Positions 11,468 through 20,332 of a DNA stretch of 64,000 bases are shown here, one piece after another (the stretch's first letter is position 1; every line of letters starts with the position of its first letter). The DNA is taken from assembly GCA_963749655.1 (NCBI GenBank), contig CAVVOB010000022.1, positions 64,001-128,000 of the forward strand, written 5' to 3'. The position numbers and the translations under genes are program-made. The stretch comes from Nitrospirota bacterium (GTDB lineage: Bacteria; Nitrospirota; UBA9217). The notes below the pieces were generated by a model. The model searched no databases. It was given only the letters and a program-made list of their open reading frames with translations, and was not told the DNA's origin.

Positions 11468-12286
11468 TTATTTCAGGCGGCGCTGGCGGAAGGCTTCATA
11501 GAGGATCACTGCTGCCGACGTTGCAACGTTCAGCGAATCTATCGTCTCGGCCATCGGGATCCTGACGGCATGATCGATGCCTGATAAAATCTCCTGCGGC
11601 AGGCCCGAGCCTTCCCGTCCGAAAACGACGGCCGTCGGCCTGGTGAGGTCGATGTCGAAGTGCGTGGTGTCGCCCATCAGCGCTGCTCCGATCGTTTGGA
11701 ATCCCCGCTGTCTGCAGGCCGCGATGAATGCCGCCGTATCTGAAACCGGTACGACCGGCAGCCGCAGAATGCTGCCCATGGAAGCGCGCACTGCTTTTGC
11801 GTTGTAAGGGTCCACCGTGTTCGACGTGACAGCCAGGCCTGATGCGCCGACCGCCTCTGCGGTCCGTATGATCGTGCCGAGGTTGCCCGGATCCTGCAGC
11901 TGATGGGCGATGATGATCAGGGCGGAACCGTTTCCCAGCAGCTGTTCTTCGGGAAATGACCTCATCCCTACGACGGCCATGACGGGCTGCGGCGTTTTAT
12001 TCTCCGACAGCGCATCCATGAGGCGTTCGGAAATCCAGAGGATCTCGACTCCCGCTGCTTCGGCAAGCTTCAGCACTCCCTTCCCATGATGCTGTACGAG
12101 AGAAGGCGCGGCCACCACGAGCTTGACGCCGGCCCGGTCCCTGAGAGCTTCCTCGACCATCTTGATTCCCTCAACGAGGTATGACTGCTCCCGCTTGCGG
12201 TGCTTCGGGTCGGCCAGCGCGTGCAGTTGTTTTACGGCGCTGTTTTCCCTGCTCGCTATCGGGGTGTGAGGTGTTGTCCGGTGCAT
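11468..12286 (-). CDS. TrmH/SpoU-family RNA 2'-O-methyltransferase
   Basis: QDPGNLGTIIRT, VFGREGSG and IPM..IDSLNVA SPOUT motifs. Start set at the ATG at 12286. Confidence 0.92.
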   Translation of the reverse strand: MHRTTPHTPIASRENSAVKQLHALADPKHRKREQSYLVEGIKMVEEALRDRAGVKLVVAAPSLVQHHGKGVLKLAEAAGVEILWISERLMDALSENKTPQPVMAVVGMRSFPEEQLLGNGSALIIIAHQLQDPGNLGTIIRTAEAVGASGLAVTSNTVDPYNAKAVRASMGSILRLPVVPVSDTAAFIAACRQRGFQTIGAALMGDTTHFDIDLTRPTAVVFGREGSGLPQEILSGIDHAVRIPMAETIDSLNVATSAAVILYEAFRQRRLK

Positions 12287-12477
12287 GCCGGACAGTATAA
12301 CACAGACTCCGACGCAGAGAAATCGAAAACCCCCTTTATCGTCAGGTGACAGTGCCCGCGCCTTCGCTTGTGTCGAAGTGAGGAGCATGAGTCCGCCCTT
12401 GTTCTTTTTCGGCGTAACCGCCGCGTTGTTTTTCTTCGTGAAAAGCCTCACTGCACTTTCTTTCGGTGAAAAACTTT

Positions 12478-12510
12478 ATACTTGACAGAAATGGTCAAGT
12501 TTGTTATTTT
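12478..12510 (+). promoter_or_regulatory. IscR/Rrf2-type operator overlapping a sigma70 promoter
   Basis: Palindrome ACTTGAC-N7-GTCAAGT within ATACTTGACAGAAATGGTCAAGTTT resembles the IscR type-1 site. TTGACA (12482-12487), 17 nt, TATTTT (12505-12510). Confidence 0.75.
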
Positions 12511-12581
12511 TAATCAGGCGTCTGAAAGGATTTAAATGGTCCTGTTTACGTCCCCCGATGCTTTCGGGGCATAAGAAAAGA

Positions 12582-13061
12582 ATGAAGCTCTCTACCAAAG
12601 GAAAATACGGCGTTCGGGCGGTTTTCGAGATTGCGCGGCACTACGGGAAAGGTCCGATCACCATCAAGGAGATCGCGGACCGCCAGGGAATATCCTTTTC
12701 CTATCTCGAGCAGATTCTGCACAAGCTGGGGAAAGCCGGCGTGATAGAAAGCGTGCGGGGCCCGGCGGGAGGATATCTGCTCGCGCGAAAGCCCGGCGAT
12801 CTGACCATCGGCGACATCGTCCGGACGCTGGAAGGCCCCATCGCACTGTCTCATTGCCTCGAACCGGGCGAGGCCGGCGATTGCAACCAGGCGGATGACT
12901 GCGTGGCGCGTATGGTATGGGTCAAGGTGGGCGCCAAGATAGAAGAGGCCCTGGACAGCATCAGTTTTGACGATCTCCTCCATCAGCATAATGAGCAGAA
13001 AGCTCCGGTCACTCTGAAACTCAGGAAGAAGACGGCTCTGGCCGGGAAGGGGGCATGTTAA
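12582..13061 (+). CDS. iscR: Rrf2-family Fe-S cluster assembly regulator (IscR-like)
   Basis: MKLSTKGKYG, SYLEQIL, SVRGPAGGY and three C-terminal Cys (C-x8-C-x5-C). First gene of the iscSU operon. Confidence 0.88.
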   Translation: MKLSTKGKYGVRAVFEIARHYGKGPITIKEIADRQGISFSYLEQILHKLGKAGVIESVRGPAGGYLLARKPGDLTIGDIVRTLEGPIALSHCLEPGEAGDCNQADDCVARMVWVKVGAKIEEALDSISFDDLLHQHNEQKAPVTLKLRKKTALAGKGAC

Positions 13062-13062
13062 C

Positions 13063-14247
13063 ATGAGAAAAGTCTATCTTGACCACGCAGCTACGACGCC
13101 GGTCCACCCGAAGGTCCTCGAGGCGATGCTTCCTTTTTTTTCCGGCAGATTCGGCAATCCTTCCAACCTGCATGATATCGGCAGGGAGGCGAAGAATGCC
13201 GTTGAGGAAGCCCGCGCGAAAACCGCCGCCCTGATCGGCGCAAAGCCTGAGGAGATTTTTTTTACCGCAAGCGGAGCCGAATCGAACAATTTTGCCCTTA
13301 AGGGCCTCGCGCAGGCGAACAGTCAGAAGGGCAAACACATCATCGTCTCGCAGCTCGAGCATTTTTCGGTGCTCCATCCGGCCAAGACGCTCGAGAAATC
13401 CGGCTTCACGGTGACGGCCCTCCCGACGGACCGTGAGGGGCTGGTGAATCCCGACGATGTGGCAAAGGCCATTACGAAAGACACGGTCCTCGTTTCGATC
13501 ATGCACGCGAATAATGAAATCGGCACGATCGAACCGATCGAAGAAATTTCGAAGATCACGCGGGAACGGGGCGTTTTGTTCCATACCGATGCAGTGGCGA
13601 CCACGGGCTGGGTACCGGTCAACGTCGGAGCTCTCGGCGTGGACGCACTCTCGCTTTCAGGCCATCAGTTTTACGGGCCGAAAGGCGCCGCAGCGCTTTT
13701 CGTCCGAAAAGGGGTCCGCATCAAACCGCAGATCGAAGGCGGGATCCAGGAGGAAGGGCGGCGCGCCGGGACGGAGAACGTGCCCGGCATCGTGGGCCTC
13801 GGAAGAGCTGCGGAACTTGCGGCGGCCGAGATCCCGCAGCGGATGAGCTACCTTGCCCCGCTTCGCGACCGTCTGCAGAAGGGCCTTCTGGACAAGATCG
13901 ACCACATGGTGATCAACGGGCATCCGACGAAGCGGTTGCCGCACAACCTGAACGTGTCGATGTGGTACGTCGAGGGAGAGTCGATGCTCCTGTTTTTGAA
14001 CATGGAAGGGATCTCGGTATCGAGCGGCTCCGCATGCACGTCGCGGTCGCTGAAATCATCACACGTTCTTACCTGCATCGGCACCGACGCCGCCGTTGCA
14101 AACGGAACGCTGCTGCTTTCGCTCGGCATGGGAAATACGAAAGAAGATATCGATTACGTTACGGAGAAGCTGCCCCCCATTGTTCAGCGGCTGCGGGAGA
14201 TGTCTCCTCTGTATGAAGATATGATCAAAAAAGAAAAAGTCCGGTGA
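13063..14247 (+). CDS. iscS: IscS/NifS-type cysteine desulfurase family protein (PLP lysine replaced by Gln)
   Basis: YLDHAATTP, HANNEIG, RAGTEN, SSGSACTS. The motif reads SGHQFYGPKG instead of SxHKxYGPKG. Confidence 0.92.
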   Translation: MRKVYLDHAATTPVHPKVLEAMLPFFSGRFGNPSNLHDIGREAKNAVEEARAKTAALIGAKPEEIFFTASGAESNNFALKGLAQANSQKGKHIIVSQLEHFSVLHPAKTLEKSGFTVTALPTDREGLVNPDDVAKAITKDTVLVSIMHANNEIGTIEPIEEISKITRERGVLFHTDAVATTGWVPVNVGALGVDALSLSGHQFYGPKGAAALFVRKGVRIKPQIEGGIQEEGRRAGTENVPGIVGLGRAAELAAAEIPQRMSYLAPLRDRLQKGLLDKIDHMVINGHPTKRLPHNLNVSMWYVEGESMLLFLNMEGISVSSGSACTSRSLKSSHVLTCIGTDAAVANGTLLLSLGMGNTKEDIDYVTEKLPPIVQRLREMSPLYEDMIKKEKVR

Positions 14248-14257
14248 GGAGGACCAC

Positions 14258-14686
14258 ATGGAACAGTACAGTTCGAAAGTAATGGAACATTTCGCCCATC
14301 CGCACAATGTGGGCGAGATAGAAAACGCCGACGGCGTGGGCACGGTCGGGAACCCGGTGTGCGGCGATGTCATGCGCCTTTATATCAAGGTGGAAGGCGA
14401 CGTGATTGCCGATGCAAAGTTCAAGACCTTCGGATGCGGCGCGGCCATCGCCACAAGCAGCATGGTGACCGATCTGGTGAAGGGAAAAACCATCAATGAA
14501 GCGCTCAAGATCTCGAACGCCGCCGTTGCGGAGGCGCTCGGGGGCCTGCCGAAGGTGAAAATGCATTGTTCCGTGCTGGCAGAGGAAGCGCTGAAATCCG
14601 CCCTCGACGATTACTACAAGAAAAAGGGCGTTCCTTCTCCGGTAAAAATATCCGCGGAAACAGGCCACGAACACGAGATGGAATGA
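14258..14686 (+). CDS. iscU: Fe-S cluster scaffold IscU/NifU-N
   Basis: GNPVCGD, FGCGAAIA and KMHCS, giving the three conserved Cys. Confidence 0.93.
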   Translation: MEQYSSKVMEHFAHPHNVGEIENADGVGTVGNPVCGDVMRLYIKVEGDVIADAKFKTFGCGAAIATSSMVTDLVKGKTINEALKISNAAVAEALGGLPKVKMHCSVLAEEALKSALDDYYKKKGVPSPVKISAETGHEHEME

Positions 14687-14777
14687 TCCGGTTGCGAATG
14701 CCGATTTCGGACCGTCGGCTGACCGGCTCATAGGATGATCGAAAATCCGCAATCCGGAAAGAGAAAAGGATTTAAGC

Positions 14778-15020
14778 GTGGATATTAAAGACATCAAACC
14801 CGATGCCGTGCTGGACTGTGTCGGCCTGGCTTGCCCCATGCCGATCTTCAAGGCCTCCAGCAAAATCAAGGAATTGAAAACCGGTCAGGTTCTTGAGGTG
14901 CAGTCCGATGATGACGGCATTGTAAAGGACATGCCGGCGTGGTGCCGGCTTACCGGCAACGAATATCTCGGCTTGACCGAGAATGGCGGCGAGTACCACG
15001 TATATGTGCGTAAGCAGTAA
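14778..15020 (+). CDS. tusA: TusA-family sulfur carrier protein
   Basis: LDCVGLACPMP (CPxP motif) and DMPAWC, 80 aa. Confidence 0.88.
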   Translation: MDIKDIKPDAVLDCVGLACPMPIFKASSKIKELKTGQVLEVQSDDDGIVKDMPAWCRLTGNEYLGLTENGGEYHVYVRKQ

Positions 15021-15334
15021 GTAAGCACTATCATCCTTATTCGCTCCGTCCGGCATTTCCGCAACACCATAAGCAGGAGACACCGTCGGGGGAAAGCGAT
15101 GCATGCCGGCAGGCGTTACCGTGTCCACAGTCAGGGAGGTTCGTGTCAGTTCGGCGTGGGTCCGACCTTTCGGCGGCCTTCGCACTGATCAGCAGTACTG
15201 CCGTTTTCACTCAACCGTCGCCCCCTGCTCGTCGGACATCGTGATATGCTTAATGATGCGGGCTGGTTCTCAGGATCGCTGGAGGGAGAAAGCCTCTTCG
15301 GAGGTTTTCCCGGTTCCCTCAGAGTGCTTTTGCC

Positions 15335-16300
15335 ATGAACGCTTCCGGAGTCTATACCGTCGTCATCGTCGGGCTCGGTGCCATCGGGACCGTTTTTGCA
15401 ACGCTGCTTAAAAAGGCGGGACACTCCGTCTTTGCGCTGACGAAGGACAAGCATCTTCCTGCTCTCGCGGACCGGAAAGTCCGGATCTCCGGTATATGGG
15501 GCGAACACGAGTCCGCGCTCGACGGCGTTTACAGTTCCATCGGCCTGCTTGCCGAAAAGCGTCCCGACATCATCCTCATCACCGTCAAATCCTATGACAC
15601 GCTCGCAGCGATCGAACAGGTAAAGCAACTAGTGGGCCGAGAGACGCTCGTAATCTCGGCGCAGAACGGCTACGGCAATTATGAAACGTTGTCCTCTGCC
15701 GTCGGAGAGGACCATACCCTGCTGGCGAGAATCATCTTCGGCGCGAAACTTTCCGCCCCCGGCAGGGCCGAGGTTACGGTCATTGCGGACGACGTACGCA
15801 TCGGTCAGCCGCACGGCGCTGTCGAGTCGGAGCGGATCCGGGAAATAGCCTCGGTTTTTACGTCAGCCGGGATACCCACCGTCTATGCGGGGAACGTCGA
15901 GGCGGTCCTTTGGGACAAGATCCTCTACAACGCGGCGCTGAATCCGCTCGGAGCGCTTCTCGAATGCACGTACGGGCAGCTTGCGGAGAACGCCGAATCT
16001 CGTCAGGTCATGGATGCGGTCATCGATGAAATCTTTGCCGTCGCACGCGCGAACGGGATTCCGCTTGCCTGGCCGTCCCCGGAGGCGTACCGCAAGCACT
16101 TCTATGGCAGACTGGTTCCTCCAACGGCAAAGCATTATCCGTCCATGTACTACGATGTAAAGGCAGGCAAGCGGCTGGAGATCGACGCCCTGAACGGAGC
16201 CGTCGTGCGGCTCGCTCGTGAAAAAGGGATCCCGGCTCCGGTGAACGAGACCGTTACAAACCTCATCAAGGCGAAAGAAATGATGGCAAGGAAACCGTAA
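15335..16300 (+). CDS. panE: Ketopantoate reductase
   Basis: GLGAIG Rossmann motif, VKSYD, QNG, WDK..N...NPL, SM..D...G..LEID..NG. Confidence 0.88.
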   Translation: MNASGVYTVVIVGLGAIGTVFATLLKKAGHSVFALTKDKHLPALADRKVRISGIWGEHESALDGVYSSIGLLAEKRPDIILITVKSYDTLAAIEQVKQLVGRETLVISAQNGYGNYETLSSAVGEDHTLLARIIFGAKLSAPGRAEVTVIADDVRIGQPHGAVESERIREIASVFTSAGIPTVYAGNVEAVLWDKILYNAALNPLGALLECTYGQLAENAESRQVMDAVIDEIFAVARANGIPLAWPSPEAYRKHFYGRLVPPTAKHYPSMYYDVKAGKRLEIDALNGAVVRLAREKGIPAPVNETVTNLIKAKEMMARKP

Positions 16301-16474
16301 ATGCCCTTTCGCTGGCCACCACAAGGAGGCAGAACGGGCGCCTGCTCCTGGTTGTGGAAGCCGACGTACTTTCTGAGCAACAAAGGCGTTTCATCGGATT
16401 CACAACCGAACATCGCCCGATGATCATTGAGAACCCGTCGGCATCCGTTTCCACACTGAATCTCGGGAGGACCC

Positions 16475-16921
16475 ATGGACGAATTTATGACGGCAGCGAT
16501 CGAGGAGGCCGCCGCCGGGAAAAATGAAGGAGGCATTCCCATCGGCGCGGTGCTGGTATACGGCGGACAGATCATCGGACGCGGTCATAACCGCCGCGTA
16601 CAAAAGGAAAGCGCCATCCTGCACGCGGAGATGGACGCACTGGAGAACGCCGGCCGATTGTCGCCCGCCATCTATCACGCTACGACCCTCTACACCACGT
16701 TGTCCCCCTGTGTCATGTGCAGCGGGGCCATTCTGCTGTACGGCATACCGCGCGTGGTCATCGGCGAGAACATGTCTTTCAAGGGGGAGGAAGCATTGCT
16801 GAGGAGCCGCGGGGTCAGAGTGGACGTACTTCAGGATTCCCGCTGTATGATGCTTATGATGGAGTTCATCCAGACCGAGCCGGACCTCTGGTTCGAGGAC
16901 ATCGGGAAAGAGGGGCCGTGA
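16475..16921 (+). CDS. Nucleoside/cytosine deaminase (CDA fold)
   Basis: HAE...SPCVMC zinc motif, GGIPIGAVL, and W.EDIG C-terminus as in yeast-type cytosine deaminase. Confidence 0.88.
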   Translation: MDEFMTAAIEEAAAGKNEGGIPIGAVLVYGGQIIGRGHNRRVQKESAILHAEMDALENAGRLSPAIYHATTLYTTLSPCVMCSGAILLYGIPRVVIGENMSFKGEEALLRSRGVRVDVLQDSRCMMLMMEFIQTEPDLWFEDIGKEGP

Positions 16922-17096
16922 ATTCTGAATGAACGGCTCCTCCCGCATTTCGGTGCCCTGCCTCAACCCATCGATTCCGCCGATTTCCTGTTTTTTTCCT
17001 TCTTGCCTTGCCATTCTTTTTGTGATACCGTTTCGCTTCTTCACCTTGGAGACAACACCCACCGGCATTCCAGGCGATCAGGGAGCGGATTTTTTC

Positions 17097-17696
17097 ATGG
17101 AAATAGTCCTTGCCACGCGCAATAAGAAAAAAATAGAAGAGATCAGGCGGATCATCGCCGATCTGCCCATAACCATCCTGTCTCTTGATGACTTTCCCGG
17201 TTGTCCTGAAACCGTGGAGGACAGGGATACATTCGAAGGAAATGCCGTAAAAAAAGCTGTTGAGGTCTGCACCTGGACAGGCAATCCGGCCCTTGCTGAT
17301 GATTCCGGCCTAGAGGTTGATGCGCTGAACGGAGCGCCGGGAGTTTATTCAGCGCGGTATGCAGGAGGCAGCAGTGTAAATGATGTAAAAAATTATGAAA
17401 AGATACTTTCCCAAATTATTACTGTTGAGAGCGGGAAAAGGGGGGCTCAATTCGTTTGTTGTATGGCATTGGCCTTGCCGGGTGGGGAAGTATATACTTT
17501 TTTTGGGTATTCCGAGGGCAGCATAAGCCTGGATCCAAGGGGAAACTCGGGTTTTGGATACGATCCGATATTCATCCCAGTGGGATACAACAGGACATTT
17601 GGCGAGATGTCTGCCTTAGAGAAGGACCACCTCAGTCACAGAGGAAAAGCTCTTGAAAAATTAGCTGAATTTCTTCATTCGCGTCCCCATTTATAA
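17097..17696 (+). CDS. rdgB: Non-canonical purine NTP pyrophosphatase (RdgB/HAM1)
   Basis: LATRNKKK, ADDSGL, PGVYSARY, GFGYDPIF and SHRGKA. Start set at the ATG at 17097. Confidence 0.93.
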   Translation: MEIVLATRNKKKIEEIRRIIADLPITILSLDDFPGCPETVEDRDTFEGNAVKKAVEVCTWTGNPALADDSGLEVDALNGAPGVYSARYAGGSSVNDVKNYEKILSQIITVESGKRGAQFVCCMALALPGGEVYTFFGYSEGSISLDPRGNSGFGYDPIFIPVGYNRTFGEMSALEKDHLSHRGKALEKLAEFLHSRPHL

Positions 17697-17845
17697 ACAA
17701 AACTAATATTCAAATTATAATTTTTAACTTGAAAAATAACTCGTTTTAAACGATTATAGGCCGGTTAAAAATCATCAAAGGGTTTGGTGCGTCCTTTAGC
17801 GTTCTCTTCCGAATAAAATCTTAATCCTACTGGAGGATCGTTCTC

Positions 17846-18496
17846 ATGGCCAAGAGAGTCGTCTTACTTGGAGCTCCCGGTGCAGGCAAAGGCACGCAGG
17901 CGAAGATGCTGATCGAAAAATACAAAATTCCGCAGATTTCCACGGGAGACATTCTGCGCAAGGCCGTGGCAGACGGCACGCCCCTCGGCAAGGAAGCCAA
18001 GGTGATCATGGACCAGGGCGGCCTCGTATCCGACAAAATCGTGCTCGGCCTCGTTGAGGAACGCATCAAACAGCCGGACTGCAAAGGCGGGTTCATTCTC
18101 GACGGGTTCCCGCGCAACACTGCCCAAGCCGAAGCGCTTGACAAGATGCTCTCCTCCATGGGGGCACCTCTCACCATTGCACTCAACATCGACGTTGATA
18201 TGAACGACCTCCTCAAACGGCTCACCGGACGCAGGACCTGCAAAGGCTGCCAGCAGATGTACAATATCTTTTTCTCAGCACCCAAGAAAGACGGAGTTTG
18301 CGACAAGTGCGGCGGCTCGCTGTTCCAGCGCGACGACGACAAGGAAGAAACGATCAAGAAGCGCCTCGATGTATATCAGAAGCAGACCGCTCCTCTTATC
18401 GACTACTACTCCAAGAAGAACATCATGAAAACGGTCATGGGAGTCGGCAGCATCAACGATATCTTCAACAAGGTCACGGCCGTTCTGGGAGCATAG
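17846..18496 (+). CDS. adk: Adenylate kinase with zinc-binding LID
   Basis: GAPGAGKGTQA, STGDILR, LDGFPR, and CxxC...CxxC in the LID. Confidence 0.97.
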   Translation: MAKRVVLLGAPGAGKGTQAKMLIEKYKIPQISTGDILRKAVADGTPLGKEAKVIMDQGGLVSDKIVLGLVEERIKQPDCKGGFILDGFPRNTAQAEALDKMLSSMGAPLTIALNIDVDMNDLLKRLTGRRTCKGCQQMYNIFFSAPKKDGVCDKCGGSLFQRDDDKEETIKKRLDVYQKQTAPLIDYYSKKNIMKTVMGVGSINDIFNKVTAVLGA

Positions 18497-18586
18497 GGAA
18501 TCACGATAGGCCTTGGGGAACCGAGGACCTATTTCCGTTTTCGTAGACATTGATCTTATCTAAATTCTTTCAAGGAGGAAAATGTC

Positions 18587-19828
18587 ATGGCACTGGTAAA
18601 GCCTCACGGTAAAAAGAAGAAGCTCATGCCGCTTCTTCTCGAAGGGGCGGCCCTTCAGAAAGAGCTCAAGAAGGCAGCAAAGCTGAAGCAGCTCAAGATC
18701 TCATCGCGCGAGACCGCAGACCTCGTGATGATGGGAATCGGCGCTTTCACGCCGCTCACGGGATTCATGACCAAGAAGGACTGGAAGGGCGTGTGCGACA
18801 AGTACAAACTGGCGGACGGCACGTTCTGGCCGGTACCGGTCACGTTGTCCGCATCTGCGGACTTCGCCGCGTCGCTCAAGAAGAACGAAGAGATCGCCCT
18901 TGTGGACGACGAGTCGGGCACGATGATGGCCACCATGAAGGTGACCGAGAAGTATGCCATGACCAAGGCCGACAAGGAGCATGAGTGCAAGCAGATCTTC
19001 CGCACCAATGATGTCGCAGGCCACCCCGGTGTGCAGAAGGTCATGAATCAGCCTGATGTCAACCTGGCCGGTCCTGTAAAGGTTCTCTCGGAGGCCCATT
19101 TCCCCGAGACCTTCAAGGGCATTTACATGAAGCCGGTCGAGACCCGCAAAATGTTCGAGGCCAAAGGCTGGAGCACGATCGCTGCGTTCCAGACCCGGAA
19201 CCCCATGCACCGTTCGCACGAGTACCTTGCAAAGATCGCCATCGAGACCATGGACGGCGTTCTGATCCACCAGATCCTCGGCAAGCTCAAAGAGGGCGAT
19301 ATCCCGGCCGATGTGCGCGCCGATGCGATCAACACCCTGATGGACAAGTACTTTGTAAAGGATTCCTGCATCCAGTGCGGTTATCCCATGGAGATGCGCT
19401 ATGCCGGACCCCGTGAAGCATTGCTTCACGCGCTCTTCCGCCAGAACTTCGGCTGCAGCCACCTGATCGTCGGCCGCGACCATGCCGGCGTGGGCGACTA
19501 CTACGGCCCGTTCGATGCGCAGAAGATTTTCGACGAGATCCCGAAGGGCGCGCTCGAGACCCAGCCGCTCAAGATCGACCACACGTTCTACTGCTTCAAG
19601 TGCGACGGCATGGCTTCGATGCGGACCTGCCCCCACCAGAAGGAAGACCGGCTCATGCTCTCCGGCACCAAGCTCCGGAAGATGCTGTCCGAAGGCGAGA
19701 ACGTACCTGATCATTTCAGCCGTCCCGAAGTGCTCGAGATCCTCAAGAAGTACTATGCGGGCCTCACGGAGAAGGTGGAGATCAAGCTGCACAGCCATGC
19801 AGAGGGAACGCATACGGAGAAGAGATAA
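18587..19828 (+). CDS. sat: Sulfate adenylyltransferase
   Basis: [20 protein letters not shown] and [13 protein letters not shown]. Immediately upstream of aprBA. Confidence 0.97.
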   Translation: MALVKPHGKKKKLMPLLLEGAALQKELKKAAKLKQLKISSRETADLVMMGIGAFTPLTGFMTKKDWKGVCDKYKLADGTFWPVPVTLSASADFAASLKKNEEIALVDDESGTMMATMKVTEKYAMTKADKEHECKQIFRTNDVAGHPGVQKVMNQPDVNLAGPVKVLSEAHFPETFKGIYMKPVETRKMFEAKGWSTIAAFQTRNPMHRSHEYLAKIAIETMDGVLIHQILGKLKEGDIPADVRADAINTLMDKYFVKDSCIQCGYPMEMRYAGPREALLHALFRQNFGCSHLIVGRDHAGVGDYYGPFDAQKIFDEIPKGALETQPLKIDHTFYCFKCDGMASMRTCPHQKEDRLMLSGTKLRKMLSEGENVPDHFSRPEVLEILKKYYAGLTEKVEIKLHSHAEGTHTEKR

Positions 19829-19888
19829 CCAAGGTTTAACGACTGCAAGAGCAGTTAACTACATTCCATAGATAGGAGGTTCAGAACA

Positions 19889-20326
19889 ATGCCGAGTTAT
19901 GTTATTACCGAGAAGTGTGACGGCTGCAAGGCGCAGGATAAGACTGCTTGCCAGTATATCTGCCCGAACGACCTCATGACCCTGAACAGGGACCTCATGA
20001 AGGCCTACAACCAGGAGCCGGATCAGTGCTGGGAGTGCTACAACTGCGTAAAGATCTGCCCGCAGCAGGCGATCGAAATCCGTGCTTACCAGGATTTCGC
20101 CCCCCTGGGTGCGAACGTTATCCCGATGCGGGGTACGGATTCCATCATGTGGACCATCAAGTTCCGCAACGGGATCCTGAAGCGTTTCAAGTTCCCGATC
20201 AGGACCACGGCTGAAGGCTCGGTCGATCCCTTCAAGGGCAAGCCTGAAGCAGATATGGCCAAGATCAAGCAGCCCGGATACTTCACCCATCATGGTGCAG
20301 GCAAGACCATGCCGGTGATCAAATAA
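19889..20326 (+). CDS. aprB: Adenylylsulfate reductase beta subunit
   Basis: CDGC...CQYICP and CWECYNCVKICP ferredoxin motifs, KRFKFPIRTT. Confidence 0.97.
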   Translation: MPSYVITEKCDGCKAQDKTACQYICPNDLMTLNRDLMKAYNQEPDQCWECYNCVKICPQQAIEIRAYQDFAPLGANVIPMRGTDSIMWTIKFRNGILKRFKFPIRTTAEGSVDPFKGKPEADMAKIKQPGYFTHHGAGKTMPVIK

Positions 20327-20332
20327 GGAGGA

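Noticed and set aside
12435-12480. Rex-like GTGAA half-sites upstream of iscR
   Set aside because: The right halves match poorly, and the neighbouring IscR-type palindrome explains the region better.
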